Shown here piece by piece: positions 46,882 to 49,605 of a stretch of 49,605 bases of DNA. Each line of letters starts with the position of its first letter. Positions within the stretch are counted from its first letter, which is position 1. This DNA is from Octopus bimaculoides (Eukaryota): assembly GCF_001194135.2 (NCBI RefSeq), contig NC_068985.1, forward strand, positions 85,708,828-85,758,432, read 5' to 3'. The notes under the pieces were generated by a model that did not search any database, was not told the DNA's origin, and saw nothing but the letters and a program-made list of their open reading frames with translations. The position numbers and the translations under genes are program-made.

Positions 46882-47351
46882 CAAGAGAGAGAGAGAGAAG
46901 CAGAGAGAGAGAGAGAGAAATTGTATATAGAAATGTAGAATAGTGCTAGCACTATTGTATTGTTGGAGAGAAACTTCTCTCAAAAACTTGTATTTGAAAT
47001 AAACCGAGATCACTGAGAATAGCATCAAGTAAGTTCTGTCTTTTGTTAACAAATAAGTTTCTTTGAGAAGGTTTGCTGACAAAGAATATTACAAGAGCAG
47101 CCATTCTACATTAATATATATAACAGTTATATACACAGTGTTGTTTTAATCTAAGGAATATAAATACACAGCTTGGTGCAGTTAAGTAGTTTGCTTTGGA
47201 GCAATGTGCATTCATGTTTGATACCATTACTTTCTATTTTGATACTGAGCTGATCAATGTCTGGCAAGTAGAATTTGGAGATGGAAACTGTGCAGAAGCT
47301 TGTGATATGTGAGTGTGTAAGTATTACACACACACACACACACATATATAT

Positions 47352-47384
<33 letters not shown>

Positions 47385-47547
47385 NNNNNNNNNNNNNNNN
47401 NNNNNNNNNNNNNNNNNNNNNNNNNNNNNNNNNNNNNNNNNNNNNNNNNNNNNNNNNNNNNNNNNNNNNNNNNNNNNNNNNNNNNNNNNNNNAAAACTGA
47501 GGCATATATATATATAATGTAAAAAACTGTTATAGAATTTGTTAGGG

Positions 47548-47645
47548 GTCTCTGTCTTCTGAGTTCAAATCTAGCTGAGGTGAATTTTGCTTTCATCTCC
47601 CTGGGGTTCAAAGAATAAAATTCGAGTCAAATAGTGAATCTGACC
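47548..47645 (+). mobile_element. SINE family A fragment
   Basis: ttctgagttcaaatc.agctgaggtgaattttgctttcatc. Confidence 0.6.
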
Positions 47646-48302
47646 AATTCCTCCCAACTCACTCTTTCTCAACCTCTCTCTCTCTCTCTCTCTCTCTCTC
47701 CCAACAACCAACAAATTGGAAGAATTATTGCCATCTCTCTTTTCTCCAAGAGCAAATACTTTTACACAATTCAAAGGAATAATAAAAAAGTGAAAGTGAT
47801 TGCTTTGAAAGGATGGGATTGCTGAGAGACTCTGGCAGAACAGAGTACAAGATGGAATATACATACATATATACATACATACATACATACATACATACAT
47901 ACATACATACAAACATACATACATATATACATACGAATATGCATATATGCGTGAGCGTGTGTTTGTGTATGTAACAGTTTATGTTCAAATCAGTGTCTTT
48001 GTTATGTCCCCTTATGATATGTAACTTAGAAATTGGTCAAGCAGTGATTAATGAAATAAGTATTAGACTGAAATCAGTAATGGTGTTGATCTGATTGAAA
48101 GAAGTGCTCCAGTATGGTCACAGTTGTTGAATAACTGAAACTGGTAAAAGAATAAAAGAATTTGAAAGGATGTTTGGTAGCATGCGTGTATGCATCCGTA
48201 CTTATATGAATGTGTATCTGTGCTTAGATGCACATTCACACATCTGTGCTTACACACACACACACACACACACATCCACTGCTCCTTCCTACTTCTCCCC
48301 AA

Positions 48303-48486
48303 CCACACAACAGATTTCCTGTTCACCACACAACAGATTTCCTGTTCACCACACAACCGACTTCCTGTTCACCACACAACATATTTCCTGTTCACCACAC
48401 AATTGATTTCCTGTTCACTACACAACAGATTTCCTGTTCACCACTCAACCAGTTTCCTGTTCACCACTCAACCAATTTCCTGTTCA
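48303..48486. repeat. 23-bp minisatellite, 8 copies, consensus ccacacaacagatttcctgttca
   Basis: Eight contiguous 23-mers counted by hand; variation is concentrated at unit positions 9-13, and the last 9 bases ttcctgttca are invariant. Confidence 0.97.
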
Positions 48487-48699
48487 CCGTGTGGTATTTT
48501 CCAAGTAATTGTTGGTGCTGAAACACCAACATCAGACTGTTGTCATACCACGTGACCTTTTTCCACCAGTCACAGGCTAGCGTCCAGTAGTAAACATCGA
48601 CTCTCTTCACTCAAACTCTCATTCAGACCCCAATGGCCAAAGACTAGCCATATGCTTGAAACTCAGAGTACCAAGGAGTTTGAATCAAACTGATTTAAT

Positions 48700-48700
48700 C

Positions 48701-48741
<41 letters not shown>

Positions 48742-48868
48742 TTGTGTGTGGGTCTTCATGACAGTATTTGTCCCCCACTATCACATCACAACCAACGCTG
48801 GTGTGTTTATATCTCCACAACTTAGCGGTTCAGCAAAATAGACTGATAAAATAAGTACTAGGCTTGCA
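48700..48868 (+). mobile_element. SINE family B middle fragment
   Basis: (GT)n, tttgtccccc..caaccaacgctggtgtgttta..aacttagcggttcagcaaaa.agactgataaaataagtactaggctt. Confidence 0.75.
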
Positions 48869-49605
48869 TGTATTTCCCAGCAGTAATTAGTCATCAATCT
48901 GTACTGACCATTACGGGTTGCAAAATGACCTATAAAGGGTCATAGGCATAGCACAGCCCTTCGTCCACACCTGTCCAGTGAAGGAGAAACATCCTTTCTT
49001 ATTTACTGTCGTAGGGATTGATTTGAGAAAGAGTGTTAGCTGTTATTTCTAGCAGATCAGTTGACTATGTACACATTCCTTGGCTGAAGTGTGTTGTGTT
49101 TCTATTTATTTATTTATTAAGTTTCTGTGTTAAACTGTTTCTTCAATTTCGCTTTGAATGGAGAACAGCATGGAGCAGGAATGAGGGCCTGATTATCGAT
49201 GGTCATCTAGGAGAGCTGAGAGGGTCAGAGGTGAGGGAAATATTAAGGATGATATCAGAGGAAATGACCTTAAACAGAAGAGGCTTTTGTTGGAAGAGAG
49301 AGAAAAACCATTTTGCAGAACTATTCATCCTGTGTTGACGAGGAAGAAAAAGCATCTCATGAGAATGGAGATGGTGGTGATGATGATGGCAATGATGATG
49401 GTGGTGTTTATGATGATGGTAATGACAATGATGATGATGAAAATGGTTATAGTGATGATGATGATGATAATAGTAATGATAATAATGATGATGATGTTGA
49501 CAATGATGATGGTGACAGTGATAGACTTGGTTTTCTTTCTTTTCTTCTTGTTTTAGTTAAATGGAGATTTCTCCAAAGACTGCAAACATTAATCTATTCA
49601 AAGAT

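Noticed and set aside
46939-46956. Perfect 18-bp palindrome AATAGTGCTAGCACTATT
   Set aside because: About 0.2 or more such 9-bp-arm palindromes are expected by chance in 50 kb.
48303-48486. CRISPR array interpretation of the 23-bp repeats (also 10784 and 35818)
   Set aside because: Units are contiguous with no unique spacers, there are no cas genes, and the DNA is eukaryotic.
1624-49556. Track ORFs rich in CV, HT, YI, poly-M/V/I/L/H/D or X
   Set aside because: They are translations of di- and trinucleotide microsatellites or N gaps, which lack stops by construction.

Overview
AT-rich eukaryotic genomic DNA packed with microsatellites and decayed transposable elements, with 8 assembly gaps. 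I recognise the repeat families from memory as typical of octopus/coleoid cephalopods; that is an inference, not a database result. I find no intact protein-coding gene, rRNA, functional tRNA or CRISPR array, and nearly all track ORFs are microsatellite artefacts or TE remnants. Recognisable TE protein relics are a Penelope-like element (RT C-terminus plus GIY-YIG), an RTE LINE 3' end, two R4/Dong-type LINE fragments (RT thumb and RLE nuclease) and a Tc1/mariner (probably DD37D/maT) transposase fragment. There are also a non-autonomous hAT, a 100-bp-TIR foldback MITE and at least five dispersed SINE-like families (A-E, my labels). Best leads: (1) the Penelope 3' region carries a tRNA-derived Pol III promoter module directly upstream of a minimal hammerhead ribozyme, and a second decayed hammerhead lies at 22.6 kb; (2) a clean Y22-CAG|GTAAGT zero-length-exon (recursive splice) signature on the minus strand at 40757/40756, about 3 kb downstream of a candidate signal-peptide exon, suggests most of the window is intron of an unidentified minus-strand gene; (3) a Dong-type LINE sits in (TAA)n; (4) two unrelated 23-bp minisatellites have palindromic cores.
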